Assembly (NCBI GenBank): GCA_946965045.2 | Contig: OX337239.1 | Span: 1,674,001 to 1,738,000 of the forward strand | From: Epithemia pelagica | Taxonomy: Eukaryota; Protista; Bacillariophyta | Direction of reading: 5' to 3' | DNA length: 64,000 nt | Shown here: positions 36,608 through 52,195 of the stretch, one piece after another | How positions within the stretch are numbered: position 1 is the first letter of the stretch | How the letters are laid out: each line of letters starts with the position of its first letter | Position numbers and translations under genes: made by a program | The notes under the pieces: generated by a model | Seen by the model: only the letters and a program-made list of their open reading frames with translations | Databases searched by the model: none | Told to the model about the DNA's origin: nothing

Positions 36608-37330
36608 AACACAACAACAACATCGGTTAGAGAGCAGCAAAAATCAACACAGCATCAACAGCCAACAGTCGCAACTTACCATGGAGGCCAGACACTTTAA
36701 GACAAAGATTCAAGAGATATAACAACAACAACGACGACAACAACAACAGTAGTGAGAAAACCATCGATCAGAAAATAATGAACTAACAAAAACTGTGCAA
36801 AACTTCTCGTCCATGCCGTAGCTATGATTGCGCGATATACTGGAAACAATGTATGCCAATATCTTCGCACAGGCAATACAATCAGAGATCAAAGGCATAT
36901 GTGAGGCTGACGATGTTTTGTATAGGTAAAAGACACACGGTGTCAGCACTTACCGTAGCCAGATACGTAGAACGACCGTAGGGAACTGCCAAATCCCCCT
37001 CCACCGGGACATTGGAGCAACACGTAGTCACCACACATCCCACACAGACCAGAAGCAGTGACAAATGGATCAACCAATGAGATCATAATATGATGGTGGC
37101 AATCGCACGTTCGTAGCAAAGGGAATCTTACCACTAATTCTTCCTCTTTTTTCTTTTTTCCTTCTTCTTCTTCTTTTTTCTCTTCCTTTCTTTCCCCTCC
37201 TCTTCTGCGACTTCCCCCTATAAAGTCGCAAAAGGGGCTCACGAAATAGAAGGCAGAAATATGATTGGGTTAGAAAACTCACAAGACATAGACAAGACAT
37301 CAAAATACTTAACGAAAACTCACACAAGAC

Positions 37331-40300
37331 ATGTCTTCTCTTACCAGTAGACATCGCGCGCCACGCGCAAAAAGCCACGGAATCTTGCCGACTTCCCCAC
37401 GAAAACAGCCGAAACGACAGGGATTTCGTCTCCAACACGATTCCGTGCCAATGAGGCCGGTCGCGGTTGCCGTGCCCCAGGACATGGACAATGGTGTCGA
37501 TGTTTCTGGAGCGACAATGGACCCAACCACGATGACTGTCCCTGAGGAGAATGACTCTCCTCCACCACCACCAGCACCCTTGGCGGTGAACCCATACAAA
37601 AAGCTCAGCAAGGAGCAAGAGATGGGTGGGCAGAGTCAACAACGAAACAACCAAACAAAAAGGGCAAAGTCGTTAGCACAACAGAGAAGCAACAAGAAGA
37701 GGAAGCAACAAGAGGCAAAGCAGTTGAGGCAGCTCACGCTTGAGAAGAAAAAGGCCTTTGAGCCAGACAGGGACTGCACCATCTGCAGTTCCAAAAGGCT
37801 TGGGACCAAGCCTCCCAAGCGCCCCCATCACGTCTTCTACCCGAAGAACACAAAGACCAGGGGCATACCAGACCACTTGGTAGAGGCCATGAAGGAGGAG
37901 GAACGACTGAAGAAAGAGGCCAACAAGGAAGTGACTTACCATCCAATCATCATGAGGCAAGAAGATTTCAACCTCTTCTTTCGTCTCAACAATAAACCTG
38001 TCTCGGAAGCTTCAAATGAAGCAACGACCGTGACAGAGGACGATTTGAAACTTTCCAGGGTTCGAAAGGGGAAGCGCAACTGTATTGCGCGCACGGACTG
38101 CCTGATCAATAATCAGGTGACGTCCGCCGTTGGGTCCAATGAGTATGTATTTATGCAATCGGTACTGGCTAAATACAAGGAGATAGAACAAGACGAGTCG
38201 ATCACGTGTCCGAAAACAATGTACGCGCTTGCCAAGACTATTGCCGAAACTTGTTTGGAACGGAAGCGCGACGTGCGGTCACTTAAGCCGTTCATGCGAG
38301 ACATGTGTTTGACTGTACCCGACGTGCGAAACAACAATAATGCCCTGTGGGACTCAATTGTAGGGCGACGTTTGTACATTGTTGACTGGGAGCTGTTTAT
38401 GCCGGTGGAGTTTCAGAAAATTGGGCTTAAGTGTCCAAAGTGTAGCAACTGTACACTACAACGCGAGCGGACCAACCTTTCCAAGAGCAAAAGTCTATTC
38501 CCCATTTTTGGTCTTGATGGCGCACCGTCTTACGCCCTTGTCACGCACTACCATTGCAAGGAGTGCAATACCACGCATGCCGGCAACGACGGAGCACTTC
38601 TCAATTCGCTGCCTCCACATTTTGCGAAATGGTATCCGGTCGAAGCAAAGTGGGCTCGAGGTGCCCAGCACTTCGACATTACAACAACAACAGTGTTGGA
38701 GGAGGAGATGCTTACCTATGGCAATGGTGACCACTGTAGTGGACTATTGTATGCTGCAATCAACAGGGATTATAGGAATAGAATAACTAACTATTACTCC
38801 TTCTGTGATGCAACACATCAGCAAGGGCAAGAGTATCCAGCAAAAGATGGAGAGTGGCTTACCAGGTATCCTCCTCTTGGTGAGACAATCAGACAGGCCT
38901 ACCACAAGGCATCAAGATCCAGACTCAATCCCTGGAGAACAAGTGACTATGAGAGGCACACCAGGGAAATCCAAGCAGTGGGCTGCCAAACAAGTTTTGC
39001 CCAAGACCACACCTTCCAAGCAGTCAAGAACTATCCCAAGAGGCTCAAGGCAGAAGCTGTATGGGATGCTGCCAATGAAGTAGGCGAGATTGCATGTGCA
39101 ATCTTGGTTCCAAACTTGGAAACCAAGACCTTCTCCCATGCTGCCCAACAACTCTGCAGCCGTGGAAATTTTAACCCGAGCGTCATCTATTCCGACACAT
39201 TCCCCCACAAGAGCGATTATTGGGTTGGATTGTTGGGTGAAGATGTAGTCCCAAGACTGGGACTCTTTCATTTCCTCCAGCGAATTATAAAGACCCTGCG
39301 CCATAAACACATGGACTTTGGTGACGCGTTGCGCGAATTGTTGGATTGCATCTACGAGTATCACGATGGTGACTTCCATAAAGTCATCACGGCCCTGAAG
39401 AATGGCACCCTTGGAGGCAAGAAATGTAATGACAAGCAAATAGCAGAAATGAGACAGACCAAGGTTTTTTGCGAAAGATACGGCAAGTACTTACGGAAAA
39501 TCATCCGCGCGTTCCAAACAATCGTGATGCGCCTGGAGGAGTGGAAGATAAAATATAAAGTGAGAAGTAGTAGTGACAGTGGGCCACCGGCACGAGGAAG
39601 GCTCGATCACAAGACACAACAACCATTGTTCACACAAGATACACACTCAGCAATCGAAAACTGTAAAAAAAAGGCAGAGTTTCTCGCAGATCCGATTCCA
39701 ATCGAAGACATGTATCGTGAGATCAAACCACACCCAAAATCAAGCCATCAATTTGTTAGAATTCTCACCGTCTATGGTGGTTAGATTCTACATCTCATCG
39801 ATTCCCCATGTCACATAGCCTCGTGCTATCGCATCATGCCATCTAGCTTCGAGCTATGTTCCCTAGCTTCGCGCTATATCGACCTATATTTCTTCGCAAA
39901 TCATGAAAAGTGAGAATAGATTGACGAACTCACTCTCAAGACTAAACTGGGTCGTGCGGTATTACAACGGACGTAAATTTGGCCGTTGCTCGGACATTAT
40001 ACTAACGCCCTAAGCGTACGCGCCCGAAATCATCGAGCGCGCCCAAGCGACATCCGAGCGCTGTCGGCATCTATCCGACCCAACGGTCTAAGTATCCCAA
40101 GCACGACACACGATCACGCGAGACCATATTTCCATTCCCACAATCTCCAAATTGTCAACAAGCTGCGCGCCATGAAAACAACTATGCCAACCCAAAGCAA
40201 GAGCTGTTGACCTTGTATATGTTATCCGTCCACATATACATGTCATATACATCACATGAATCGACTCCAACTATTCCAAACCTGTTGCCGCCAAGAACCT

Positions 40301-41562
40301 ATGACACATGACCCTTGGCAGGACCGAACATTTCACGTAGACCTATCGTAGTAATCAACACACAATCTAACAATATCACCATTTATCACATCTCCTTTTG
40401 TGTCCCGACTATCCTTCTGATAGACTTCGACTTGCTTGCTTCTCTGACCCTGAGAAGCTTGTATCGGTTGGTGACCTACCTGATTGTCTGCTCTACCGAG
40501 CATCAATGTCCCTACGATTCAGAAAGAATTGTAACACAATTGTCCGAATGGGTCTCTTACCGAGGGGAATCCAAATTGGAGTCATGGCACAACAACTTGG
40601 CCCATTTCAGTAATGGGGGCACAAATGAAAAACTCTCGGACGACTTGAACTTGTGCGGAACAGCGCGGTACAACCGTCAGATTCAACACAAGCTGCGCTT
40701 TGTGTCAAAGACAACGGAACAACGCAACAAGAAAATGCCTGCGGCGTGGGAAACAGTGGTGAGTCATTGGAACCACCAGCAACTTGCCTTTATCAACAAG
40801 TTGGCCGTTCGATGCGGCGCATCCAAGTTGTTTGATGACGTCGAGCACTTACCGCAAGACAATGGTGAACGCTTTTTTTCTGAGTACTTGCAAGTTTATG
40901 AGCAACTCAACGAGGTCTGGAACATCTCGGTCCAATAGCATGACTTCTGTTCCTGTGAGAAATGTGAGGCTCAGCGCAATATGCAAGATGAAGAAACAAT
41001 GCAAACAAGCGAGACACTGGAACAACAAGATACAGAACAATCACGAGAAAATGAAAAAGAGAAACAAGTTGAGGAAAAAGAAGAGCATCAAGACGAAGCA
41101 AACCAAGAAGATGACGATGATCCAATGTTGAGTGATGAGGAGGAAGAGCTGCCGCCACCACCAGCTCCAACAGTGCAACAGTCTTCTCCAACACGACCAC
41201 AACGACCACCACCACAAACACAACAGCAACCTGCTCCCAAATCGCCACCAAGAACAGCAATACAACCGGCCCCCAGACCAATCACCATGCCACAACCACA
41301 AATGCCATCACTTCCACCATTGCTTCCGCCAAATACGCCGCTTGCTAGTGTTCATCACTTTCAGCAACAGCTGCTGCAGCAAGCGGCGTATTACTCGTCG
41401 TACCTTGGTTGCCAACCTCTCCATCAACAACCAACACATCCACAACCGACTCAAAATTGTTGCATCCGCAATATTCAGTATTGGCAGAGGCCCAATCGTC
41501 GGGGCATCCCACCCCATGACAAATCTTGTTCCAACCATCCCAGTAATGCATCGTACCCTTAA
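37331..41562 (+). pseudogene. Interrupted transposase, copy 2, with an extra nonsense codon
   Basis: Same LTR-like insert, plus CAG>TAG at 40936-40938. Confidence 0.75.
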
Positions 41563-42285
41563 AACACAACAACAACATCGGTTAGAGAGCAGCAAAAATC
41601 AACACAGCATCAACAGCCAACAGTCGCGACTTACCATGGAGGCCAGACACTTTAAGACAAAGATTCAAGAGATATAACAACAACAACGACGACAACAACA
41701 ACAGTAGTGAGAAAACCATCGATCAGAAAATAATGAACTAACAAAAACTGTGCAAAACTTCTCATCCATGCCGTAGCTATGATTGCGCGATATACTGGAA
41801 ACAATGTATGCCAATATCTTCGCACAGGCAATACAATCAGAGATCAAAGGCATATGTGAGGCTGACGATGTTTTGTATAGGTAAAAGACACACGGTGTCA
41901 GCACTTACCGTAGCCAGATACGTAGAACGACCGTAGGGAACTGCCAAATCCCCCTCCACCGGGACATTGGAGCAACACGTAGTCACCACACATCCCACAC
42001 AGACCAGAAGCAGTGACAAATGGATCAACCAATGAGATCATAATATGATGGTGGCAATCGCACGTTCGTAGCAAAGGGAATCTTACCACTAATTCTTCCT
42101 CTTTTTTCTTTTTTCCTTCTTCTTCTTCTTTTTTCTCTTCCTTTCTTTCCCCTCCTCTTCTGCGACTTCCCCCTATAAAGTCGCAAAAGGGGCTCACGAA
42201 ATAGAAGGCAGAAATATGATTGGGTTAGAAAACTCACAAGACATAGACAAGACATCAAAATACTTAACGAAAACTCACACAAGAC

Positions 42286-45200
42286 ATGTCTTCTCTTACC
42301 AGTAGACATCGCGCGCCACGCGCAAAAAGCCACGGAATCTTGCCGACTTCCCCACGAAAACAGCCGAAACGACAGGGATTTCGTCTCCAACACGATTCCG
42401 TGCCAATGAGGCCGGTCGCGGTTGCCGTGCCCCAGGACATGGACAATGGTGTCGATGTTTCTGGAGCGACAATGGACCCAACCACGATGACTGTCCCTGA
42501 GGAGAATGACTCTCCTCCACCACCACCAGCACCCTTGGTGGTGAACCCATACAAAAAGCTCAGCAAGGAGCAAGAGATGGGTGGGCAGAGTCAACGACGA
42601 AACAACCAAACAAAAAGGGCAAAGTCGTTAGCACAACAGAGAAGCAACAAGAAGAGGAAGCAACAAGAGGCAAAGCAGTTGAGGCAGCTCACGCTTGAGA
42701 AGAAAAAGGCCTTTGAGCCAGACAGGGACTGCACCATCTGCAGTTCCAAAAGGCTTGGGACCAAGCCTCCCAAGCGCCCCCATCACGTCTTCTGCCCGAA
42801 GAACACAAAGACCAGGGGCATACCAGACCACTTGGTAGAGGCCATGAAGGAGGAGGAACGACTGAAGAAAGAGGCCAACAAGGAAGTGACTTACCATCCA
42901 ATCATCATGAGGCAAGAAGATTTCAACCTCTTCTTTCGTCTCAACAATAAACCTGTCTCGGAAGCTTCAAATGAAGCAACGACCGTGACAGAGGACGATT
43001 TGAAACTTTCCAGGGTTCGAAAGGGGAAGCGGAACTGTATTGCGCGCACAGACTGCCTGATCAATAATCAGGTGACGTCCGCCGTTGGGTCCAATGAGTA
43101 TGTATTTATGCAATCGGTACTGGCTAAATACAAGGAGATAGAACAAGACGAGTCGATCACGTGTCCGAAAACAATGTACGCGCTTGCCAAGACTATTGCC
43201 GAAACTTGTTTGGAACGGAAGCGCGACGTGCGGTCACTTAAGCCGTTCATGCGAGACATGTGTTTGACTGTACCCGACGTGCGAAACAACAATAATGCCC
43301 TGTGGGACTCAATTGTAGGGCGACGTTTGTACATTGTTGACTGGGAGCTGTTTATGCCGGTGGAGTTTCAGAAAATTGGGCTTAAGTGTCCAAAGTGTAG
43401 CAACTGTACACTACAACGCGAGCGGACCAACCTTTCCAAGAGCAAAAGTCTATTCCCCATTTTTGGTCTTGATGGCGCACCGTCTTACGCCCTTGTCACG
43501 CACTACCATTGCAAGGAGTGCAATACCACGCATGCCGGCAACGACGGAGCACTTCTCAATTCGCTGCCTCCACATTTTGCGAAATGGTATCCGGTCGAAG
43601 CAAAGTGGGCTCGAGGTGCCCAGCACTTCGACATTACAACAACAACAGTGTTGGAGGAGGAGATGCTTACCTATGGCAATGGTGACCACTGTAGTGGACT
43701 ATTGTATGCTGCAATCAACAGGGATTATAGGAATAGAATAACTAACTATTACTCCTTCTGTGATGCAACACATCAGCAAGGGAAAGAGTATCCAGCGAAA
43801 GATGGAGAGTGGCTCACCAGGTATCCTCCTCTTGGTGAGACAATCAGACAGGCCTACCACAAGGCATCAAGATCCAGACTCAATCCCTGGAGAACAAGTG
43901 ACTATGAGAGGCACACCAGGGAAATCCAAGCAGTGGGCTGCCAAACAAGTTTTGCCCAAGACCACACCTTCCAAGCAGTCAAGAACTATCCCAAGAGGCT
44001 CAAGGCAGAAGCTGTATGGGATGCTGCCAATGAAGTAGGCGAGATTGCATGTGCAATCTTGGTTCCAAACTTGGAAACCAAGACCTTCTCCCATGCTGCC
44101 CAACAACTCTGCAGCCGTGGAAATTTTAACCCGAGCGTCATCTATTCCGACACATTCCCCCACAAGAGCGATTATTGGGTTGGATTGTTGGGTGAAGATG
44201 TAGTCCCAAGACTGGGACTCTTTCATTTCCTCCAGCGAATTATAAAGACCCTGCGCCATAAACACATGGACTTTGGTGACGCGTTGCGCAAATTGTTGGA
44301 TTGCATCTACGAGTATCACGATGGTGACTTCCATAAAGTCATCACGGCCCTGAAGAATGGCACCCTTGGAGGCAAGAAATGTAATGACAAGCAAATAGCA
44401 GAAATGAGACAGACCAAGGTTTTTCGCGAAAGATACGGCAAGTACTTACGGAAAATCATCCGCGCGTTCCAAACAATCGTGATGCGCCTGGAGGAGTGGA
44501 AGATAAAATATAAAGTGAGAAGTAGTAGTGACAGTGGGCCACCGGCACGAGGAAGGCTCGATCACAAGACACAACAACCATTGTTCACACAAGATACACA
44601 CTCAGCAATCAAAAACTGTAAAAAAAAGGCAGAGTTTCTCGCAGATCCGATTCCAATCGAAGACATGTATCGTGAGATCAAACCACACCCAAAATCAAGC
44701 CATCAATTTGTTAGAATTCTCACCGTCTATGGTGGTTAGATTCTACATCTCATCGATTCCCCATGTCACATAGCCTCGTGCTATCGCATCATGCCATCTA
44801 GCTTCGAGCTATGTTCCCTAGCTTCGCGCTATATCGACCTATATTTCTTCGCAAATCATGAAAAGTGAGAATAGATTGACGAACTCACTCTCAAGACTAA
44901 ACTGGGTCGTGCGGTATTACAACGGACGTAAATTTGGCCGTTGCTCGGACATTATACTAACGCCCTAAGCGTACGCGCCCGAAATCATCGAGCGCGCCCA
45001 AGCGACATCCGAGCGCTGTCGGCATCTATCCGACCCAACGGTCTAAGTATCCCAAGCACGACACACGATCACGCGAGACCATATTTCCATTCCCACAATC
45101 TACAAATTGTCAACAAGCTGCGCGCCATGAAAACAACTATGCCAACCCAAAGCAAGAGCTGTTGACCTTGTATATGTTATCCGTCCACATATACATGTCA

Positions 45201-46517
45201 TATACATCACATGAATCGACTCCAACTATTCCAAACCTGTTGCCGCCAAGAACCTATGACACATGACCCTTGGCAGGACCGAACATTTCACGTAGACCTA
45301 TCGTAGTAATCAACACACAATCTAACAATATCACCATTTATCACATCTCCTTTTGTGTCCCGACTATCCTTCTGATAGACTTCGACTTGCTTGCTTCTCT
45401 GACCCTGAGAAGCTTGTATCGGTTGGTGACCTACCTGATTGTCTGCTCTACCGAGCATCAATGTCCCTACGATTCAGAAAGAATTGTAACACAATTGTCC
45501 GAATGGGTCTCTTACCGAGGGGAATCCAAATTGGAGTCATGGCACAACAACTTGGCCCATTTCAGTAATGGGGGCACAAATGAAAAACTCTCGGACGACT
45601 TGAACTTGTGCGGAACAGCGCGGTACAACCGTCAGATTCAACACAAGCTGCGCTTTGTGTCAAAGACAACGGAACAACGCAACAAGAAAATGCCTGCGGC
45701 GTGGGAAACAGTGGTGAGTCATTGGAACCACCAGCAACTTGCCTTTATCAACAAGTTGGCCGTTCGATGCGGCGCATCCAAGTTGTTTGATGACGTCGAG
45801 CACTTACCGCAAGACAATGGTGAACGCTTTTTTTCTGAGTACTTGCAAGTTTATGAGCAACTCAACGAGGTCTGGAACATCTCGGTCCAACAGCATGACT
45901 TCTGTCCCTGTGAGAAATGTGAGGCTCAGCGCAATATGCAAGATGAAGAAACAATGCAAACAAGCGAGACACTGGAACAACAAGATACAGAACAATCACG
46001 AGAAAATGAAAAAGAGCAACAAGTTGAGGAAAAAGAAGAGCATCAAGACGAAGCAAACCAAGAAGATGACGATGATCCAATGTTGAGTGATGAGGAGGAA
46101 GAGCTGCCGCCACCACCAGCTCCAACAGTGCAACAGTCTTCTCCAACACGACCACAACGACCACCACCACAAACACAACAGCAACCTGCTCCCAAATCGC
46201 CACCAAGAACAGCAATACAACCGGCCCCCAGACCAATCACCATGCCACAACCACAAATGCCATCACTTCCACCATTGCTTCCGCCAAATACGCCGCTTGC
46301 TAGTGTTCATCACTTTCAGCAACAGCTGCTGCAGCAAGCGGCGTATTACTCGTCGTACCTTGGTTGCCAACCGCTCCATCAACAACCAACACATCCACAA
46401 CCGACTCAAAATTGTTGCATCCGCAATATTCAGTATTGGCAGAGGCCCAATCGTCGAGGCATCCCACCCCATGACAAATCTTGTTCCAACCATCCCAGTA
46501 ATGCATCGTACCCTTAA
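42286..46517 (+). pseudogene. Interrupted transposase, copy 3
   Basis: Same structure as copy 1. Confidence 0.75.
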
Positions 46518-47240
46518 AACACAACAACAACATCGGTTAGAGAGCAGCAAAAATCAACACAGCATCAACAGCCAACAGTCGCGACTTACCATGGAGGCCA
46601 GACACTTTAAGACAAAGATTCAAGAGATATAACAACAACAACGACGACAACAACAACAGTAGTGAGAAAACCATCGATCAGAAAATAATGAACTAACAAA
46701 AACTGTGCAAAACTTCTCATCCATGCCGTAGCTATGATTGCGCGATATACTGGAAACAATGTATGCCAATATCTTCGCACAGGCAATACAATCAGAGATC
46801 AAAGGCATATGTGAGGCTGACGATGTTTTGTATAGGTAAAAGACACACGGTGTCAGCACTTACCGTAGCCAGATACGTAGAACGACCGTAGGGAACTGCC
46901 AAATCCCCCTCCACCGGGACATTGGAGCAACACGTAGTCACCACACATCCCACACAGACCAGAAGCAGTGACAAATGGATCAACCAATGAGATCATAATA
47001 TGATGGTGGCAATCGCACGTTCGTAGCAAAGGGAATCTTACCACCAATTCTTCCTCTTTTTTCTTTTTTCCTTCTTCTTCTTCTTTTTTCTCTTCCTTTC
47101 TTTCCCCTCCTCTTCTGCGACTTCCCCCTATAAAGTCGCAAAAGGGGCTCGCGAAATAGAAGGCAGAAATATGATTGGGTTAGAAAACTCACAAGACATA
47201 GACAAGACATCAAAATACTTAACGAAAACTCACACAAGAC

Positions 47241-50200
47241 ATGTCTTCTCTTACCAGTAGACATCGCGCGCCACGCGCAAAAAGCCACGGAATCTTGCCG
47301 ACTTCCCCACGAAAACAGCCGAAACGACAGGGATTTCGTCTCCAACACGATTCCGTGCCAATGAGGCCGGTCGCGGTTGCCGTGCCCCAGGACATGGACA
47401 ATGGTGTCGATGTTTCTGGAGCGACAATGGACCCAACCACGATGACTGTCCCTGAGGAGAATGACTCTCCTCCACCACCACCAGCACCCTTGGTGGTGAA
47501 CCCATACAAAAAGCTCAGCAAGGAGCTAGAGATGGGTGAGCAGAGTCAACGACGAAACAACCAAACAAAAAGGGCAAAGTCGTTAGCACAACAGAGAAGC
47601 AACAAGAAGAGGAAGCAACAAGAGGCAAAGCAGTTGAGGCAGCTCACGCTTGAGAAGAAAAAGGCCTTTGAGCCAGACAGGGACTGCACCATCTGCAGTT
47701 CCAAAAGGCTTGGGACCAAGCCTCCCAAGCGCCCCCATCACGTCTTCTGCCCGAAGAACACAAAGACCAGGGGCATACCAGACCACTTGGTAGAGGCCAT
47801 GAAGGAGGAGGAACGACTGAAGAAAGAGGCCAACAAGGAAGTGACTTACCATCCAATCATCATGAGGCAAGAAGATTTCAACCTCTTCTTTCGTCTCAAC
47901 AATAAACCTGTCTCGGAAGCTTCAAATGAAGCAACGACCGTGACAGAGGACGATTTGAAACTTTCCAGGGTTCGAAAGGGGAAGCGCAACTGTATTGCGC
48001 GCACGGACTGCCTGATCAATAATCAGGTGACGTCCGCCGTTGGGTCCAATGAGTATGTATTTATGCAATCGGTACTGGCTAAATACAAGGAGATAGAACA
48101 AGACGAGTCGATCACGTGTCCGAAAACAATGTACGCGCTTGCCAAGACTATTGCCGAAACTTGTTTGGAACGGAAGCGCGACGTGCGGTCACTTAAGCCG
48201 TTCATGCGAGACATGTGTTTGACTGTACCCGACGTGCGAAACAACAATAATGCCCTGTGGGACTCAATTGTAGGGCGACGTTTGTACATTGTTGACTGGG
48301 AGCTGTTTATGCCGGTGGAGTTTCAGAAAATTGGGCTTAAGTGTCCAAAGTGTAGCAACTGTACACTACAACGCGAGCGGACCAACCTTTCCAAGAGCAA
48401 AAGTCTATTCCCCATTTTTGGTCTTGATGGCGCACCGTCTTACGCCCTTGTCACGCACTACCATTGCAAGGAGTGCAATACCACGCATGCCGGCAACGAC
48501 GGAGCACTTCTCAATTCGCTGCCTCCACATTTTGCGAAATGGTATCCGGTCGAAGCAAAGTGGGCTCGAGGTGCCCAGCACTTCGACATTACAACAACAA
48601 CAGTGTTGGAGGAGGAGATGCTTACCTATGGCAATGGTGACCACTGTAGTGGACTATTGTATGCTGCAATCAACAGGGATTATAGGAATAGAATAACTAA
48701 CTATTACTCCTTCTGTGATGCAACACATCAGCAAGGGCAAGAGTATCCAGCGAAAGATGGAGAGTGGCTCACCAGGTATCCTCCTCTTGGTGAGACAATC
48801 AGACAGGCCTACCACAAGGCATCAAGATCCAGACTCAATCCCTGGAGAACAAGTGACTATGAGAGGCACACCAGGGAAATCCAAGCAGTGGGCTGCCAAA
48901 CAAGTTTTGCCCAAGACCACACCTTCCAAGCAGTCAAGAACTATCCCAAGAGGCTCAAGGCAGAAGCTGTATGGGATGCTGCCAATGAAGTAGGCGAGAT
49001 TGCATGTGCAATCTTGGTTCCAAACTTGGAAACCAAGACCTTCTCCCATGCTGCCCAACAACTCTGCAGCCGTGGAAATTTTAACCCGAGCGTCATCTAT
49101 TCCGACACATTCCCCCACAAGAGCGATTATTGGGTTGGATTGTTGGGTGAAGATGTAGTCCCAAGACTGGGACTCTTTCATTTCCTCCAGCGAATTATAA
49201 AGACCCTGCGCCATAAACACATGGACTTTGGTGACGCGTTGCGCGAATTGTTGGATTGCATCTACGAGTATCACGATGGTGACTTCCATAAAGTCATCAC
49301 GGCCCTGAAGAATGGCACCCTTGGAGGCAAGAAATGTAATGACAAGCAAATAGCAGAAATGAGACAGACCAAGGTTTTTCGCGAAAGATACGGCAAGTAC
49401 TTACGGAAAATCATCCGCGCGTTCCAAACAATCGTGATGCGCCTGGAGGAGTGGAAGATAAAATATAAAGTGAGAAGTAGTAGTGACAGTGGGCCACCGG
49501 CACGAGGAAGGCTCGATCACAAGACACAACAACCATTGTTCACACAAGATACACACTCAGCAATCAAAAACTGTAAAAAAAAGGCAGAGTTTCTCGCAGA
49601 TCCGATTCCAATCGAAGACATGTATCGTGAGATCAAACCACACCCAAAATCAAGCCATCAATTTGTTAGAATTCTCACCGTCTATGGTGGTTAGATTCTA
49701 CATCTCATCGATTCCCCATGTCACATAGCCTCGTGCTATCGCATCATGCCATCTAGCTTCGAGCTATGTTCCCTAGCTTCGCGCTATATCGACCTATATT
49801 TCTTCGCAAATCATGAAAAGTGAGAATAGATTGACGAACTCACTCTCAAGACTAAACTGGGTCGTGCGGTATTACAACGGACGTAAATTTGGCCGTTGCT
49901 CGGACATTATACTAACGCCCTAAGCGTACGCGCCCGAAATCATCGAGCGCGCCCAAGCGACATCCGAGCGCTGTCGGCATCTATCCGACCCAACGGTCTA
50001 AGTATCCCAAGCACGACACACGATCACACGAGACCATATTTCCATTCCCACAATCTCGAAATTGTCAACAAGCTGCGCGCCATGAAAACAACTATGCCAA
50101 CCCAAAGCAAGAGCTGTTGACCTTGTATATGTTATCCGTCCACATATACATGTCATATACATCACATGAATCGACTCCAACTATTCCAAACCTGTTGCCG

Positions 50201-51472
50201 CCAAGAACCTATGACACATGACCCTTGGCAGGACCGAACATTTCACGTAGACCTATCGTAGTAATCAACACACAATCTAACAATATCACCATTTATCACA
50301 TCTCCTTTTGTGTCCCGACTATCCTTCTGATAGACTTCGACTTGCTTGCTTCTCTGACCCTGAGAAGCTTGTATCGGTTGGTGACCTACTTGATTGTCTG
50401 CTCTACCGAGCATCAATGTCCCTACGATTCAGAAAGAATTGTAACACAATTGTCCGAATGGGTCTCTTACCGAGGGGAATCCAAATTGGAGTCATGGCAC
50501 AACAACTTGGCCCATTTCAGTAATGGGGGCACAAATGAAAAACTCTCGGACGACTTGAACTTGTGCGGAACAGCGCGGTACAACCGTCAGATTCAACACA
50601 AGCTGCGCTTTGTGTCAAAGACAACGGAACAACGCAACAAGAAAATGCCTGCGGCGTGGGAAACAGTGGTGAGTCATTGGAACCACCAGCAACTTGCCTT
50701 TATCAACAAGTTGGCCGTTCGATGCGGCGCATCCAAGTTGTTTGATGACGTCGAGCACTTACCGCAAGACAATGGTGAACGCTTTTTTTCTGAGTACTTG
50801 CAAGTTTATGAGCAACTCAACGAGGTCTGGAACATCTCGGTCCAACAGCATGACTTCTGTCCCTGTGAGAAATGTGAGGCTCAGCGCAATATGCAAGATG
50901 AAGAAACAATGCAAACAAGCGAGACACTGGAACAACAAGATACAGAACAATCACGAGAAAATGAAAAAGAGCAACAAGTTGAGGAAAAAGAAGAGCATCA
51001 AGACGAAGCAAACCAAGAAGATGACGATGATCCAATGTTGAGTGATGAGGAGGAAGAGCTGCCGCCACCACCAGCTCCAACAGTGCAACAGTCTTCTCCA
51101 ACACGACCACAACGACCACCACCACAAACACAACAGCAACCTGCTCCCAAATCGCCACCAAGAACAGCAATACAACCGGCCCCCAGACCAATCACCATGC
51201 CACAACCACAAATGCCATCACTTCCACCATTGCTTCCGCCAAATACGCCGCTTGCTAGTGTTCATCACTTTCAGCAACAGCTGCTGCAGCAAGCGGCGTA
51301 TTACTCGTCGTACCTTGGTTGCCAACCGCTCCATCAACAACCAACACATCCACAACCGACTCAAAATTGTTGCATCCGCAATATTCAGTATTGGCAGAGG
51401 CCCAATCGTCGAGGCATCCCACCCCATGACAAATCTTGTTCCAACCATCCCAGTAATGCATCGTACCCTTAA
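47241..51472 (+). pseudogene. Interrupted transposase, copy 4
   Basis: Same structure as copy 1. Confidence 0.75.
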
Positions 51473-52195
51473 AACACAACAACAACATCGGTTAGAGAGC
51501 AGCAAAAATCAACACAGCATCAACAGCCAACAGTCGCGACTTACCATGGAGGCCAGACACTTTAAGACAAAGATTCAAGAGATATAACAACAACAACGAC
51601 GACAACAACAACAGTAGTGAGAAAACCATCGATCAGAAAATAATGAACTAACAAAAACTGTGCAAAACTTCTCGTCCATGCCGTAGCTATGATTGCGCGA
51701 TATACTGGAAACAATGTATGCCAATATCTTCGCACAGGCAATACAATCAGAGATCAAAGGCATATGTGAGGCTGACGATGTTTTGTATAGGTAAAAGACA
51801 CACGGTGTCAGCACTTACCGTAGCCAGATACGTAGAACGACCGTAGGGAACTGCCAAATCCCCCTCCACCGGGACATTGGAGCAACACGTAGTCACCACA
51901 CATCCCACACAGACCAGAAGCAGTGACAAATGGATCAACCAATGAGATCATAATATGATGGTGGCAATCGCACGTTCGTAGCAAAGGGAATCTTACCACT
52001 AATTCTTCCTCTTTTTTCTTTTTTCCTTCTTCTTCTTCTTTTTTCTCTTCCTTTCTTTCCCCTCCTCTTCTGCGACTTCCCCCTATAAAGTCGCAAAAGG
52101 GGCTCACGAAATAGAAGGCAGAAATATGATTGGGTTAGAAAACTCACAAGACATAGACAAGACATCAAAATACTTAACGAAAACTCACACAAGAC

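Larger units (their letters stand above)
32281..37227 (+). mobile_element. TIR-less DDE DNA transposon, copy 1 (others: 37236-42182, 42191-47137, 47146-52092, 52101-57374)
   Basis: Each copy is flanked by GCAAAAGG (32273, 37228, 42183, 47138, 52093, 57375) and encodes a transposase-like protein. No clear terminal inverted repeats. Confidence 0.8.

Noticed and set aside
37137-37235. Helitron interpretation of the terminal hairpin
   Set aside because: No TC...CTRR ends, no Rep/helicase motifs, and an 8-bp duplication is present.
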